A DNA stretch of 64,000 bases from Planctomycetota bacterium (GCA_965228735.1 OZ245838.1:4032001-4096000); one strand, 5' to 3'. Shown: positions 26,251-35,624, numbered from the stretch's first letter. Translations and numbers: made by a program. The notes: a model not told the origin generated them from the sequence alone.

Positions 26251-27240
26251 ATGACGCCGACTCCACCAACCGTCGAAGAGGTCCAACGCGCGTGGCAGCG
26301 CTTCGAGGGCCGGATCCGTGAGACCCCCGCGTGGGAGTGGTCCGGATTCCGCGTCGATCGGCTCAAGCCTCCGGGTTCGACGCTGTTCCTCAAACTCGAA
26401 CTGCTGCAGCACACCGGCACGTTCAAGCCGCGCGGCGCGCTCACCGTGATGCTCGACCTCGATCGCGAGCAGCTCGACCGCGGCGTCGTCGGCGTGAGCG
26501 CGGGCAACCACGGCATGGCGCTCGCGTTCGCGGGTCAGCAGCTCGGCTCGCACGCCACCGTGGTGATGCCCACGACCGCCAACCCCGCGCGCATCGCCGC
26601 GTGCCGCGCGCTCGGCGCCGAGGTCGAGTTGCTGCCCGACATCGCGGCCGCGTTCGCGCGCGCCGAAGAGCTCGAACGCGCGGGCCAGACGTTCGTGCAT
26701 CCGTTCGAGGGGCCGAAGACGGCGCTCGGCACGGCGACGCTCGGTCTCGAGTTCCTGCGCCAGGTCGGCAAGCTCGACGCGCTCGTCGTCGCGATCGGCG
26801 GCGGCGGGCTCGCGGCCGGCGTGGCCGCCGTGGTCAAGCAGCTGCAGCCGCGCTGCCACGTCATCGGCGTCGAACCCGAGGGCGCCGACTCGATGAGCCG
26901 GAGCTTCGCCGCCGGCTCGCCGCAGTCGATCGAGGCCGTGCGCACGATCGCCGACAGTCTCGGTGCACCGGCGGCCGAACCGTACTCGTTCGCCCTCTGC
27001 CGCGACCACGTCGACGAGATCGTGAGAGTCAGCGACGACGAGCTGTGCCGCGCCACCGCGCTGCTCTTCGGCGACGCCAAACTCGCGGTCGAACCGGCCG
27101 GCGCTGCGTCGACCGCCGCGATGCTGCAGTGCGGCGACCGACTGCGCGATCGGCGCATCGGCATCATCGTCTGCGGCGCGAACGTCGACCCGGAGACGCA
27201 CGCGGCGTGCATGCGTCGCGGCCAGGACGGCGTCTTCTGA
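26251..27240 (+). CDS. PLP-dependent threonine/serine dehydratase-family protein (no regulatory domain)
   Basis: KLELLQHTGTFKPRGA, SAGNHG, IGGGGL, VEPAGA, CGAN. Confidence 0.92.
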   Translation: MTPTPPTVEEVQRAWQRFEGRIRETPAWEWSGFRVDRLKPPGSTLFLKLELLQHTGTFKPRGALTVMLDLDREQLDRGVVGVSAGNHGMALAFAGQQLGSHATVVMPTTANPARIAACRALGAEVELLPDIAAAFARAEELERAGQTFVHPFEGPKTALGTATLGLEFLRQVGKLDALVVAIGGGGLAAGVAAVVKQLQPRCHVIGVEPEGADSMSRSFAAGSPQSIEAVRTIADSLGAPAAEPYSFALCRDHVDEIVRVSDDELCRATALLFGDAKLAVEPAGAASTAAMLQCGDRLRDRRIGIIVCGANVDPETHAACMRRGQDGVF

Positions 27241-27794
27241 TGCGAAAGCTCACCCTGCTCGGCGTCCTGCTCGCGGCCGGCGGCTTCTGCGGCGGCCTCG
27301 GGTCGTTCGCGGCGCTCGCGTGGTCGGGCGAACGCATCTACGAGATGGAGCTGTCGCCCGGCAGCGGCGGGTCGCGCGACCACGAGATCGCGCTCGATCT
27401 GCGGCCGGACATGAACCCGCTCGCGATGACCGCGACGTCGAGCGACGCCGGCGCCACGGCCAGCATCGCCGTGACGGACGCGAACGGCACCGTCATCTTC
27501 GAGCAGGACCAGGGCGGCAAACCGGGCGGGGAAGCGGCGTGGTTCTTCGCGCCGATCCAGATCATCGCCGCCGGTCGCCACCGCATCGTCTACTCGATCG
27601 ACCGGGACATCGAAGGCAGCATCGACCTGCGCGCGAACGTGTTCGTGTTGACCCCGGCGATCATGTTCTCGTGCCTCGGGCTGATGTTCGTGGGCTTCGG
27701 GCTGCTCGTGCTGACCTCGATCCAACGGGCGATTGCGACGATGAAAGAAGTGCGTCGGATGCAGGCCGGCCCCAACCCGGTGCCCGGCCCGTAG
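27240..27794 (+). CDS. Hypothetical membrane protein (TM - beta domain - TM)
   Basis: ATG 27240 overlaps the TGA of the dehydratase; C-terminal part of track ORF 26331..27794. Confidence 0.7.
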   Translation: MRKLTLLGVLLAAGGFCGGLGSFAALAWSGERIYEMELSPGSGGSRDHEIALDLRPDMNPLAMTATSSDAGATASIAVTDANGTVIFEQDQGGKPGGEAAWFFAPIQIIAAGRHRIVYSIDRDIEGSIDLRANVFVLTPAIMFSCLGLMFVGFGLLVLTSIQRAIATMKEVRRMQAGPNPVPGP

Positions 27795-27886
27795 CTACGA
27801 GCGCGACCCGCATTCGACCACCCGCGGTCCGGGTTTTCTCCGACCCCGCTTCAGCGCTGCCGCACGCCCGTTCGTAGGGACGGCAG

Positions 27887-28510
27887 ATGGCGCGCTCGTC
27901 CGACAGCCACGGCCCGCGGGGTCACGTCGACCCCGTGCTCGCGGCCGAGATTCGCGCCGTGACGAGCGGGGACGCCGCCGCGATCGACGCCTTCTGCCGC
28001 CGCGAACACCCGGCCGTCTATCGCCTGTGTCTCGGCTTCCTCGCCTGCGCGACCGAAGCCGAAGACGCCGCCCAGGACGCGATGCTGCGACTGCTCGACG
28101 TGCTGCCGCAGTACGACGCGGACCGACCGTTCATGACCTGGCGCAACCGCGTCGTGCTCAACCTGTGCCGCGACCGACTGCGCCAGACGGGTCGGCGCCG
28201 CGCGGCCGAGCGCGCCGCCGCCGAACGGGAAGGTGACGACGCTGCTCCGGTGATCGACCCGCTGGCGCGCGCCGAGTTGCGCGCCACGCTGACGCGCGCG
28301 CTCACGGTCCTGCCGCAGCGCGAGCGCGAGGCTTTCGTGCTGCGCGAGCTCGAGGGCAACGGCGCGACGGAGACGGGTCGCGTCATGGGGATCCACGCGA
28401 GCTCGGTGCGTTCCCTCACAACCCTCGCCCGCCGCCGGCTTCGCACCCTGCTCGCCGCGACGCTGGATCCCGAACTGCCGGAGTTGCCTGGAGGCGCACG
28501 CTGTGGCTGA
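27887..28510 (+). CDS. ECF sigma-70 factor
   Basis: EAEDAAQDA, F.TW..RVVLNLCRD.LR, LPQREREAFVLRELEG, SVRS...ARRRLR. Confidence 0.93.
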   Translation: MARSSDSHGPRGHVDPVLAAEIRAVTSGDAAAIDAFCRREHPAVYRLCLGFLACATEAEDAAQDAMLRLLDVLPQYDADRPFMTWRNRVVLNLCRDRLRQTGRRRAAERAAAEREGDDAAPVIDPLARAELRATLTRALTVLPQREREAFVLRELEGNGATETGRVMGIHASSVRSLTTLARRRLRTLLAATLDPELPELPGGARCG

Positions 28511-29075
28511 CCTCGAACGCAACGACCCGGAGCTGGACCTGCTGCGACAGGCGTGGGCCGCGCTCCAGGCCCCGGCATGGGGCGACGACGGCGGCGACGG
28601 CGGCGACGCACTCGACGAGGTCGACAGGTCTGCCTCCGCACCCGATCCGATCGTCACCGACCTTCGTGCCGCGTACCGCGATGTCACGCCGCGCCGTGCG
28701 TTCGTGCCACCGCCGTTCGCGCCGCATCAGGCGCCACCGCGACCCGGGCGCTGGCACACCTACTGCCTGCGCGGCGCCGCGCTGCTAGCGGCGACGATCG
28801 GAGCGTCGTGGCTGCTCACGGTCGCCGACCACCCCGGCATCGGCGCCCCCATCGACCCGCCACCCGTGCGCCGGGCCCACGCCGAGCCACGACCGGTCGC
28901 GCGCGTGCTGCGAACGGACGCTACCGGCACGGAGATCGTGCACGGCCCCGTGCGCCTGATCCTGCTGCCCGCCCCCATCGAATCCCCGAACGAAGAAACC
29001 CGGCTCGACGAGACCGCGACCGCCGAGACCCCGACCGCCGAAACCACTGCCGACCGCACCAACCCGAATCGCTGA
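28503..29075 (+). CDS. Putative membrane anti-sigma factor
   Basis: Overlaps the sigma stop, GGAGG upstream; short cytoplasmic N-terminus, one TM, short periplasmic tail; no ZAS motif seen. Confidence 0.6.
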   Translation: MADLERNDPELDLLRQAWAALQAPAWGDDGGDGGDALDEVDRSASAPDPIVTDLRAAYRDVTPRRAFVPPPFAPHQAPPRPGRWHTYCLRGAALLAATIGASWLLTVADHPGIGAPIDPPPVRRAHAEPRPVARVLRTDATGTEIVHGPVRLILLPAPIESPNEETRLDETATAETPTAETTADRTNPNR

Positions 29076-29085
29076 GGAAACCACC

Positions 29086-30330
29086 ATGTTCGCCATCGCC
29101 GAGATGATCACGAGATCCACGATCCTGCCCGTCGCCGCGGCGCTGTTCGCGACCGGTCTGCTGACCGGCCCGGCACCTGCCCAGGACCCGCTGCGCTCCG
29201 ACGACACCAAGCTCGAGTTCGTGCGCCCTGAGCACGTCGACCTCGTGAGCCTGCAGCGCATGGTGTCGGAGCTGCACGGCCGGACGCTCGCGTTCGAGGA
29301 CGGCCGCACCGTCAAGAACGTGATGGTCGGCAACGGCGCGCTGATCCTGCACGACCGCCCCGAGCGCATCCGAGAGATGCTCGCGACGATCGAGCAGATC
29401 GACGTCGCGCACGAGCCGGTCGCGACCGACTACCAGATCGAGGTCTACTCACCCAAGCACACGGACGTCGGGGCGCTCTGCGCGCTGGCGCAGCGGGTGC
29501 TGGCGCGCCGCGTGCCGGCTCGCCTCGGTGGCGACACCGAGAGCATCGTGCTCGTCGACGGCCAGCTCGTCGTCCGCGAGCTCGAGCCGCACATCGGCGG
29601 CGTCGTCGAGAAGCTACGCGCGCTCGACGAAGCGCTCGCCCAGGGCGCCGACAGCGATCCGGTGCTCGCGATCGAGTACACGCCGCGCGCCCTCAGCCCC
29701 CAGTCGGCGATCCAGGCGCTGCAGCCGATGCTCACCGGGCCGATGGGTCAACGCCAGGTCCAGGTGCGCAACCTCGGCCAGGGCGGACCGCTGATCCTGC
29801 AAGGGCGCAGCAAACAGATCGAGAACGCCAAGGAACTGCTCGAACAACTCGATCGCCCCGCACCACAGGTGATGGTGTCCGGCTACGTGCTCACGGGCAC
29901 GAACGACGACGACGCCAAGGGCAGCAACGCCAACTCGGAGCTCACCGACGTCCTGCAGGAGCTGCTCCCGTACGAGAGCTACAAGATCCAGGCGGCGAGC
30001 GTCGTGCGGGTCGCGGCCCGCCCGAACAGCCAGTTCCAGCTCGACCTCGCGGGTCCCAAGACCGGCATGGCCCAGGCGCGCTACTCGCTGCAGGGCACGA
30101 TCGCGGCCTACGACTCCGACGCCGAGTCCCTGACGTTCAGCAGCCTCGCCGCGATGCGGACGCACCAGGCGATTCCGGGCCGATCGATGTTCCGCACCGC
30201 GGCGACGATCTACGCCGGCGAATACGCGGTCCTCGGCGTCGCGGGCGGTGAACCGCTGTTCGTCGTGCTGCGCCTCAAGCCGGTCAAGGCCGGGCGGCCC
30301 AAGGCGAGCCGCGAACGCAAGTCGAACTGA
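29086..30330 (+). CDS. Exported protein with tandem secretin N-domain (N3/NolW-like) repeats and no recognisable secretin barrel
   Basis: Signal peptide; three repeats ending MLATIEQID, VEKLRALD and LLEQLDRPAPQVMV; then ~150 aa lacking the secretin C-domain motifs. Confidence 0.7.
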   Translation: MFAIAEMITRSTILPVAAALFATGLLTGPAPAQDPLRSDDTKLEFVRPEHVDLVSLQRMVSELHGRTLAFEDGRTVKNVMVGNGALILHDRPERIREMLATIEQIDVAHEPVATDYQIEVYSPKHTDVGALCALAQRVLARRVPARLGGDTESIVLVDGQLVVRELEPHIGGVVEKLRALDEALAQGADSDPVLAIEYTPRALSPQSAIQALQPMLTGPMGQRQVQVRNLGQGGPLILQGRSKQIENAKELLEQLDRPAPQVMVSGYVLTGTNDDDAKGSNANSELTDVLQELLPYESYKIQAASVVRVAARPNSQFQLDLAGPKTGMAQARYSLQGTIAAYDSDAESLTFSSLAAMRTHQAIPGRSMFRTAATIYAGEYAVLGVAGGEPLFVVLRLKPVKAGRPKASRERKSN

Positions 30331-30356
30331 GCGGCGCGGGCCCGGTCGCCGCGGGG

Positions 30357-31442
30357 TTACTCGCCGCAGCTCGCGAGCGTCGGCCCGACCGCGTCTTCGC
30401 GCCGCAACGCGCGACGCTCACCGTCATCGTGGCGGTCGTCGAACACGTCGAGGATGCGTTCGTCGAGCTGCTGCGGCGACCGGACCCGCACGAGCTGCTC
30501 GCGCGCCCAGACCGGATCCGGGTGATACTGCGCGTACTTGATCGCGTGCGTCCGGGTGTGCCCGACGACGAGCTTCTCCTTGCCGTAGAAGTCGCGCGAG
30601 AGTTCCTGGTGCCGCAGGATCGCCCGCCGCTGATCGGCGCACGTCGGCCGCATCGGCACTTCGCCCGCGAGCAGCGCGCGGACCTGGTCGAAGACGAACG
30701 GGTTGCCGATGCAGCCGCGCGCGATCGTCACGCCGTCGACGCCCGTCTCGCGCAGCATGTCGACGACGTCGAACGGCGAGAACAGATCACCGCTGCCGAG
30801 CACCGTGAGGTCGCCGACGTGGCGCTTCACCCGCGTGAGGAACTCCCACCGGCTCGGGCCGACGTACTTCTGACGCACGGTCCGACCGTGCACCGTCACC
30901 GCGGTGATCCCGCGCTCGATCGCGCCCTCGAGGATCGTGAAGAACGCGCGCTCGGCGTCGTCCGTGTCGTCGTACCCGCGCCGCATCTTGACGGTCACCG
31001 CCGCGTCACCCGCGACCGCCTGCACGACCGAATCGATGATCGCGAGCGCCGTCTCGGGGTCCTGCAGCAGCCAGCCGCCGCGCCGCCGACCGAGCACCTT
31101 GTTGACCGGACAGCCGAAGTTGATGTCGACGATGTCGTAGCCCGCGTTCTTCAGTTCGCGCGCGGCCAACCCGAACGTCTCCGGCTGCGACCCCATGAGT
31201 TGCCCGCCGACCGGATGATCGTGCTCGGGCACCGCGAGGATGCGCCGCTGCAGCTTGCCCTTCTGCAGCACCTGCGAATCGAGCACGACCTCGTTGATCG
31301 CATAGGGCGCCCCGTGCTCGCGCGCGACCGTGCGCATCGGCAGATCGGAGTAGCCACTGAGCGCCGCCTGCACCGCGGGCATGCCGATCGCGATATCGCC
31401 GATCGACAAGTCTCTGGCTGCGGCTGCTTGCGAGGTCGTCAC
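30357..31442 (-). CDS. tRNA-dihydrouridine synthase (DusB-like)
   Basis: DINFGCPVNKV, TVKMRRG, VHGRT, GSGD, IARGCIGNP; GTG 31442 chosen as start. Confidence 0.93.
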   Translation of the reverse strand: MTTSQAAAARDLSIGDIAIGMPAVQAALSGYSDLPMRTVAREHGAPYAINEVVLDSQVLQKGKLQRRILAVPEHDHPVGGQLMGSQPETFGLAARELKNAGYDIVDINFGCPVNKVLGRRRGGWLLQDPETALAIIDSVVQAVAGDAAVTVKMRRGYDDTDDAERAFFTILEGAIERGITAVTVHGRTVRQKYVGPSRWEFLTRVKRHVGDLTVLGSGDLFSPFDVVDMLRETGVDGVTIARGCIGNPFVFDQVRALLAGEVPMRPTCADQRRAILRHQELSRDFYGKEKLVVGHTRTHAIKYAQYHPDPVWAREQLVRVRSPQQLDERILDVFDDRHDDGERRALRREDAVGPTLASCGE

Positions 31443-31506
31443 CCGCGCCAGTTTGCCGCCTGACCGCCCAGGCGCCAGGGTCGGCGGCAACCGCGCCGAA
31501 TACCGG

Positions 31507-31755
31507 TCAGGCCAGAACGTCGAGGTTCTCGCCCTTGCCCGGCTCGGCCGCGCCCTGCGGCGGCGAAGCGGGCGGCGGCGCGTCGGCCGAAGCCGCGCGC
31601 GTCGGGGCCGAGCGGGCGGGCGCGCCGCCCTCGATCAGCTGGAGCATCGCCGCGCCGGCTGCGCGTTGCTCGTTGAGCACCTTCGCGAGCAGCGTGATGT
31701 TCGCGGTGCGCACAGCGAGGCCGCCAATGGCCTGGTTGAGGGCTCCGATGTCCAT
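31507..31755 (-). CDS. Small YjfB-like putative motility protein
   Basis: Last 82 aa of track ORF 31507..32913: LLAKVLNEQRAAGAAMLQLI..PGKGENLDVLA matches the YjfB-type pattern; sigma28-like promoter upstream. Confidence 0.7.
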   Translation of the reverse strand: MDIGALNQAIGGLAVRTANITLLAKVLNEQRAAGAAMLQLIEGGAPARSAPTRAASADAPPPASPPQGAAEPGKGENLDVLA

Positions 31756-31762
31756 GCCAGTG

Positions 31763-31791
31763 GCATCGGCGCCGGCTCGGGGTGACTTCAG
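31763..31791 (-). promoter_or_regulatory. sigma28 (FliA)-like promoter
   Basis: Minus strand CTGAAG-N15-GCCGATGC, 7 nt before ATG 31755. Confidence 0.6.
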
Positions 31792-31884
31792 CACTGCGGT
31801 GCACCGCCGATGCCATCGGACCGCCGGACGCCCGCGGGGACCGGATCCCGGGAACGATCGGCCGCGACGCAGTAGAACGGTGCC

Positions 31885-33222
31885 ATGGCCGTCTCCCTCA
31901 CCGCCCGCCTCGGCCGGGCCATCGTGCCGTTCGCGACCGTGCTCGCCATTCCAGCGGCGCTCGTCAGCCAGATCCACGTCGACGCCGGCGCCCAGGCGGG
32001 CGGCAACGGCCAGAGCTGGGGCACGGCCTACGACTCCCTGCAAACGGCGCTCGCCGGCGCCGGCGCGGGTCAGGCCATCTGGGTCGCGGCCGGGACGTAT
32101 CCGGGCGGCTTCGTCGTGCCGGCGAACGTGACCGTGCTCGGCGGCTTCGCGGCCGGCATGCGACGCGCCCACCAGGCGCGCCCGACCGAGCAGGTGACGG
32201 TCCTGACCGGCGGCGGAACGCAGCGCGTGGTGCAGCTCGGCGACGGCGCGGTCCTCGACGGCTTCCTCGTGCGCGACGGCAACGCGGCGTTCCCCGGCGG
32301 TGGCGGCGCGCTGATCGACGGCGTCGCGGCGACGATCCGGCGGTGCGAGTTCACGGCGAACACCAACTCGGGCGGCCGCGGCGCGGCGCTGACCGTCAGG
32401 AACGGCGGCGACGCGACGGTCACGGACTCGGTCTTCCACCACAACTCGGCGAGCGGTCACACGATCGACATCGCAACGCAAGGGCGCGGCACGTTCACCC
32501 ATCTGACCGTCGTGGACAATCCGCACAACGGACTCCACATGCAGCAGCTGACGGTCTGCACGATCCGCGACTCGATCTTCGCGCGCAACGCCGGCCGCGG
32601 CATCTGCGACGTGATGCAGGGCAACCAGCCGACCGTCGAGAACAACCTGTTCTGGGCGAACGTCGTGTCCGCGATGCACGTCGTCGGCAACGAGCTGCAC
32701 ACCGCGAACGCGATCAACGCGCTGAGCTACGCGAGCGGCAACATCATCGCCGATCCGCAGTTCGCGGGCGCAAGCGACTACCGGTTGCAGGCCAGTTCCC
32801 CCGCGATCGACCTCGGCGTGGCGGGGCTCCCGACGCGCCTCGACCTCGGTGGCTTCCCGCGCGCGACGGACGGCGATCTCGACGGCACGCTCCGCACCGA
32901 CGCGGGCGCGCACGAGTTCGACGGTTGCGTGCTCACGATGACCGGCCAGGCCACCGGCGGCAGCACGATCACCCTGGATCTCCAGGCCGCGCCCGCGTTC
33001 GGCGGCATCGCGATGCTGTTCCCCGGCCCGACGACGACCGTCGCGCCGTTCGGCACGCTCTACGGCACGTCACCGATCGTCGCGATCCTCGGCTTCCTGC
33101 CCGGCACCCTGCCCGTCGCGCTGCCGCCGGGCCTCATCGCGGACGTCGTGTTCCAGGGGTTCTGCCTCAGCCCGAACTCGACCGGGAACCTGAGCAACCC
33201 GCTGGCGCTCGCGATTCAATAG
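31885..33222 (+). CDS. Secreted right-handed parallel beta-helix protein with C-terminal beta-sandwich domain
   Basis: Signal peptide; HVDA..GNGQSWGTAYDSLQTAL..IWVAAGTY, GGGA/F..N repeats, DYRLQASSPAIDLG..DAGAHE; ends FQGFCL..LSNPLALAIQ. Confidence 0.82.
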   Translation: MAVSLTARLGRAIVPFATVLAIPAALVSQIHVDAGAQAGGNGQSWGTAYDSLQTALAGAGAGQAIWVAAGTYPGGFVVPANVTVLGGFAAGMRRAHQARPTEQVTVLTGGGTQRVVQLGDGAVLDGFLVRDGNAAFPGGGGALIDGVAATIRRCEFTANTNSGGRGAALTVRNGGDATVTDSVFHHNSASGHTIDIATQGRGTFTHLTVVDNPHNGLHMQQLTVCTIRDSIFARNAGRGICDVMQGNQPTVENNLFWANVVSAMHVVGNELHTANAINALSYASGNIIADPQFAGASDYRLQASSPAIDLGVAGLPTRLDLGGFPRATDGDLDGTLRTDAGAHEFDGCVLTMTGQATGGSTITLDLQAAPAFGGIAMLFPGPTTTVAPFGTLYGTSPIVAILGFLPGTLPVALPPGLIADVVFQGFCLSPNSTGNLSNPLALAIQ

Positions 33223-33227
33223 CGCGC

Positions 33228-34115
33228 GTGCCTGGCGCCGCGATCGAGATCCTGACGCCCGAGCCGTACGAATTGCGGCTCGGACTCTTTGGCCACGGTT
33301 GGATCGAGCTGCCGCCGAACGGTTTCGACGACGAGACCGAGACGTGGACGACCGCGCTGCGGCTCGACGACCGCACGTATCGCGCCGAGGTCCGGGCCGC
33401 GCGACCGGGCGCGCTCACGTTGCGCGTGCACGGCGACGCGCGCCCCGGCAAGCGCGTTCTCGCAGCCGCGGCGCAGACCATCCGGCACATGCTGCGCCTC
33501 GATGACGACCTCACGGAACTGTGGGCCGCGTGCCGCCGCGAACCGCGCCTGCACTGGGCCGGGCGCCGCGGCGCGGGCCGACTGCTGCGCTCCGCGTCGG
33601 TGTTCGAAGACCTGATGAAGCTGCTGTTCACGACCAACACGACGTGGGCCGGCACCGTGACGATGACCCGCAAGCTCGTCGAGCACTGCGGCACGGAAGG
33701 CGCCGGCGTGCGCGCGTTCCCCACGCCACGCGAATGCGTCCGGTCCGAGGCGTTCTACCGCGACACGATCCGCACCGGCTACCGCGCCGCGGCCGCCGTC
33801 GCGCTGGCGCGCGGCTTCGAGTCCGGCGAACTCACGGATGAGCTGTTCCTGCACGAGCCCGACACCGACACGTTGCGCGATCGCCTGCTCGCGTTGCGCG
33901 GCTTCGGCCCGTACGCCGCGGGTCAGGCGCTCCGTCTGTTGGGCCACTACGGCGACCTCGCGCTCGACAGCTGGTGCCGCGCCCGCATCGCCCAGCTGCT
34001 CGGACGCAAGAAGCCGCCGACCGATCGCGGCATCGCGCGCCGCTACGCCACGTTCCGCCCGTTCCAGGGCCTCGCGATGTGGCTCGACCTCACGGCCGAA
34101 TGGCACGGCGAATGA
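33228..34115 (+). CDS. HhH-GPD DNA glycosylase (Ogg/AlkA-like)
   Basis: GRLLRSASVFEDLMK, FPTP, GYRA, LLALRGFGPYAA (HhH), DSW; C-terminal part of track ORF 31782..34115. Confidence 0.85.
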   Translation: MPGAAIEILTPEPYELRLGLFGHGWIELPPNGFDDETETWTTALRLDDRTYRAEVRAARPGALTLRVHGDARPGKRVLAAAAQTIRHMLRLDDDLTELWAACRREPRLHWAGRRGAGRLLRSASVFEDLMKLLFTTNTTWAGTVTMTRKLVEHCGTEGAGVRAFPTPRECVRSEAFYRDTIRTGYRAAAAVALARGFESGELTDELFLHEPDTDTLRDRLLALRGFGPYAAGQALRLLGHYGDLALDSWCRARIAQLLGRKKPPTDRGIARRYATFRPFQGLAMWLDLTAEWHGE

Positions 34116-34230
34116 TGGCGGTACGGAACCCGCTTCGAATCCGCCACCCCGCCCTCGCCGATAACGACGGATCTGACGGTGGTTGCGGCGGTCGGCGGGT
34201 GGCGGAATCGAAACGGGTTCGGTACGGCCA
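34116..34230. repeat. REP/REPIN-like inverted repeat doublet
   Basis: 34-bp arms 34116-34149 and 34197-34230 are reverse complements with 4 mismatches; lies between convergent genes. Confidence 0.75.
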
Positions 34231-34239
34231 CGGTCGGGG

Positions 34240-35034
34240 TCAGGACACCAGTTCGCCGCGCATTACCGTGACGGCGGCGCCGCGCAGGAGCACGCGGTCC
34301 TCGATGAGCTCGACGCCGACCTCACCCCCGCGGGCCGAGGCCTGGTAGCCACGCATGCGAGTCTTGCCGAGCTTCTCGCTCCAGTAGGGCGCGAGGGCGC
34401 AGTGGGCCGAGCCCGTGACCGGGTCCTCGTCGACGCCGACGGCCGGGCCGAAGAAGCGCGAGACGAAGTCGAACTTCTTGGCCGTCGCACGCGCGGTGAC
34501 GATCAGGCCGCGGCCGCCGAGCCGGGCGACCTCGCGGAAGTCCGGCGCGTAGTTCACGACCTGGGCCTCGCTGCCGACCTCGACGAGCAGGTCCTCGCCG
34601 GCTTCGACGACGTTGCGCGGCGCGCGACCGAGCGCCTTCTTCAGCGCCGCGGTCGGCTTCTTGCTGCGCAGGGCCTGGGACGGGAAGTCGAGCACGATCT
34701 GGCGACCGTCGGGCGCCGCGGTGAGCACACCGCTCTTCGTGCGGAACTCGAGCAGCCGGTCGGGCGGTGCCACGCCCTCGGAATAGAGCACGTAGGCGGC
34801 CGCGAGCGTCGCATGGCCACAGAGCGCGACCTCGACCGTCGGCGTGAACCAGCGCAACGAGAACCCGCGCTTGGTCGGGCACACGAAGGCGGTCTCCGAG
34901 AGGTTCATCTCCGCGGCGATCGATTGCATCCACCGCGCCGGTTTGGAGTCGGCGAGCAGGCAGACCGCGGCGGGATTGCCGCCGAACGGTCGCGCGGTGA
35001 AGGCGTCGACGTGAAAGCATGGGACGGTCGTCAT
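34240..35034 (-). CDS. PhzF-family isomerase/epimerase
   Basis: VDAFT..FGGNPAAV, EMNLSETAF, LRWFTP.VEV.LCGHATLA, EDPVTGSAH. Confidence 0.95.
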   Translation of the reverse strand: MTTVPCFHVDAFTARPFGGNPAAVCLLADSKPARWMQSIAAEMNLSETAFVCPTKRGFSLRWFTPTVEVALCGHATLAAAYVLYSEGVAPPDRLLEFRTKSGVLTAAPDGRQIVLDFPSQALRSKKPTAALKKALGRAPRNVVEAGEDLLVEVGSEAQVVNYAPDFREVARLGGRGLIVTARATAKKFDFVSRFFGPAVGVDEDPVTGSAHCALAPYWSEKLGKTRMRGYQASARGGEVGVELIEDRVLLRGAAVTVMRGELVS

Positions 35035-35057
35035 TGCGCATGTTGTAGCATGCGAGC

Positions 35058-35624
35058 GTGCGTTGTTTCGTCGCTCTCGATCTGCCACGGCCCGTGTGCA
35101 ACTACCTCGCGAGGACCGCGCGTGAATCGCTGACCAAGGGCACGATCAAGTTCGTGCCGCCGACCCAGTTGCACGTCACGCTCGTTTTCGCGGGCGACAT
35201 CGACGTGGATACGGCCCGCGCCCTCGAGGACGCCATCACGGCAGCGGACCTCGCGCCGATCGAGCTCCGCCTCGACGGCCTCGGGCGATTCCCGGCCAAG
35301 GGCGAGCCACGCGTGATCTGGGCCGGCCTCGCCGGCAGCGGCGTCGAACCGCTGCACCGGCTCCAGCGCGAACTCGCGGACTGGGCCGGCGCGGCCGGCA
35401 TCGAGCCCGACGACCGCCCGTTCTCGCCGCATGTCACGCTCGGCCGCGTGAAGAGCGCGTTCGGCGCCTACGCGGTCGTCGACGAACTCGAGAAGGTCGG
35501 CGAGACGCTGCGGGACAAGCCGTTTACCGCGACCGCGCTCACGCTCTACGAGAGTGAACTGCAGCCGGGCGGCCCGATCTACCGGCCGCGGTTGCGGCGC
35601 GAACTGCCGGGCGTCGACGGCTGA
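35058..35624 (+). CDS. thpR: RNA 2',3'-cyclic phosphodiesterase (2H family)
   Basis: RCFVAL, two HVTL motifs, PRVIWAG, LYESEL..GPIY. Confidence 0.93.
   Translation: MRCFVALDLPRPVCNYLARTARESLTKGTIKFVPPTQLHVTLVFAGDIDVDTARALEDAITAADLAPIELRLDGLGRFPAKGEPRVIWAGLAGSGVEPLHRLQRELADWAGAAGIEPDDRPFSPHVTLGRVKSAFGAYAVVDELEKVGETLRDKPFTATALTLYESELQPGGPIYRPRLRRELPGVDG

Noticed and set aside
29010..29055. Short ~15-bp tandem repeats in the anti-sigma 3' end
   Set aside because: They encode a low-complexity ETATAETPTAETTA tail; no spacers, so not CRISPR.
34128..34150. TTCGAATCC resembling a tRNA T-loop followed by GCCA
   Set aside because: No T-stem pairing and no cloverleaf; it is part of the inverted repeat.
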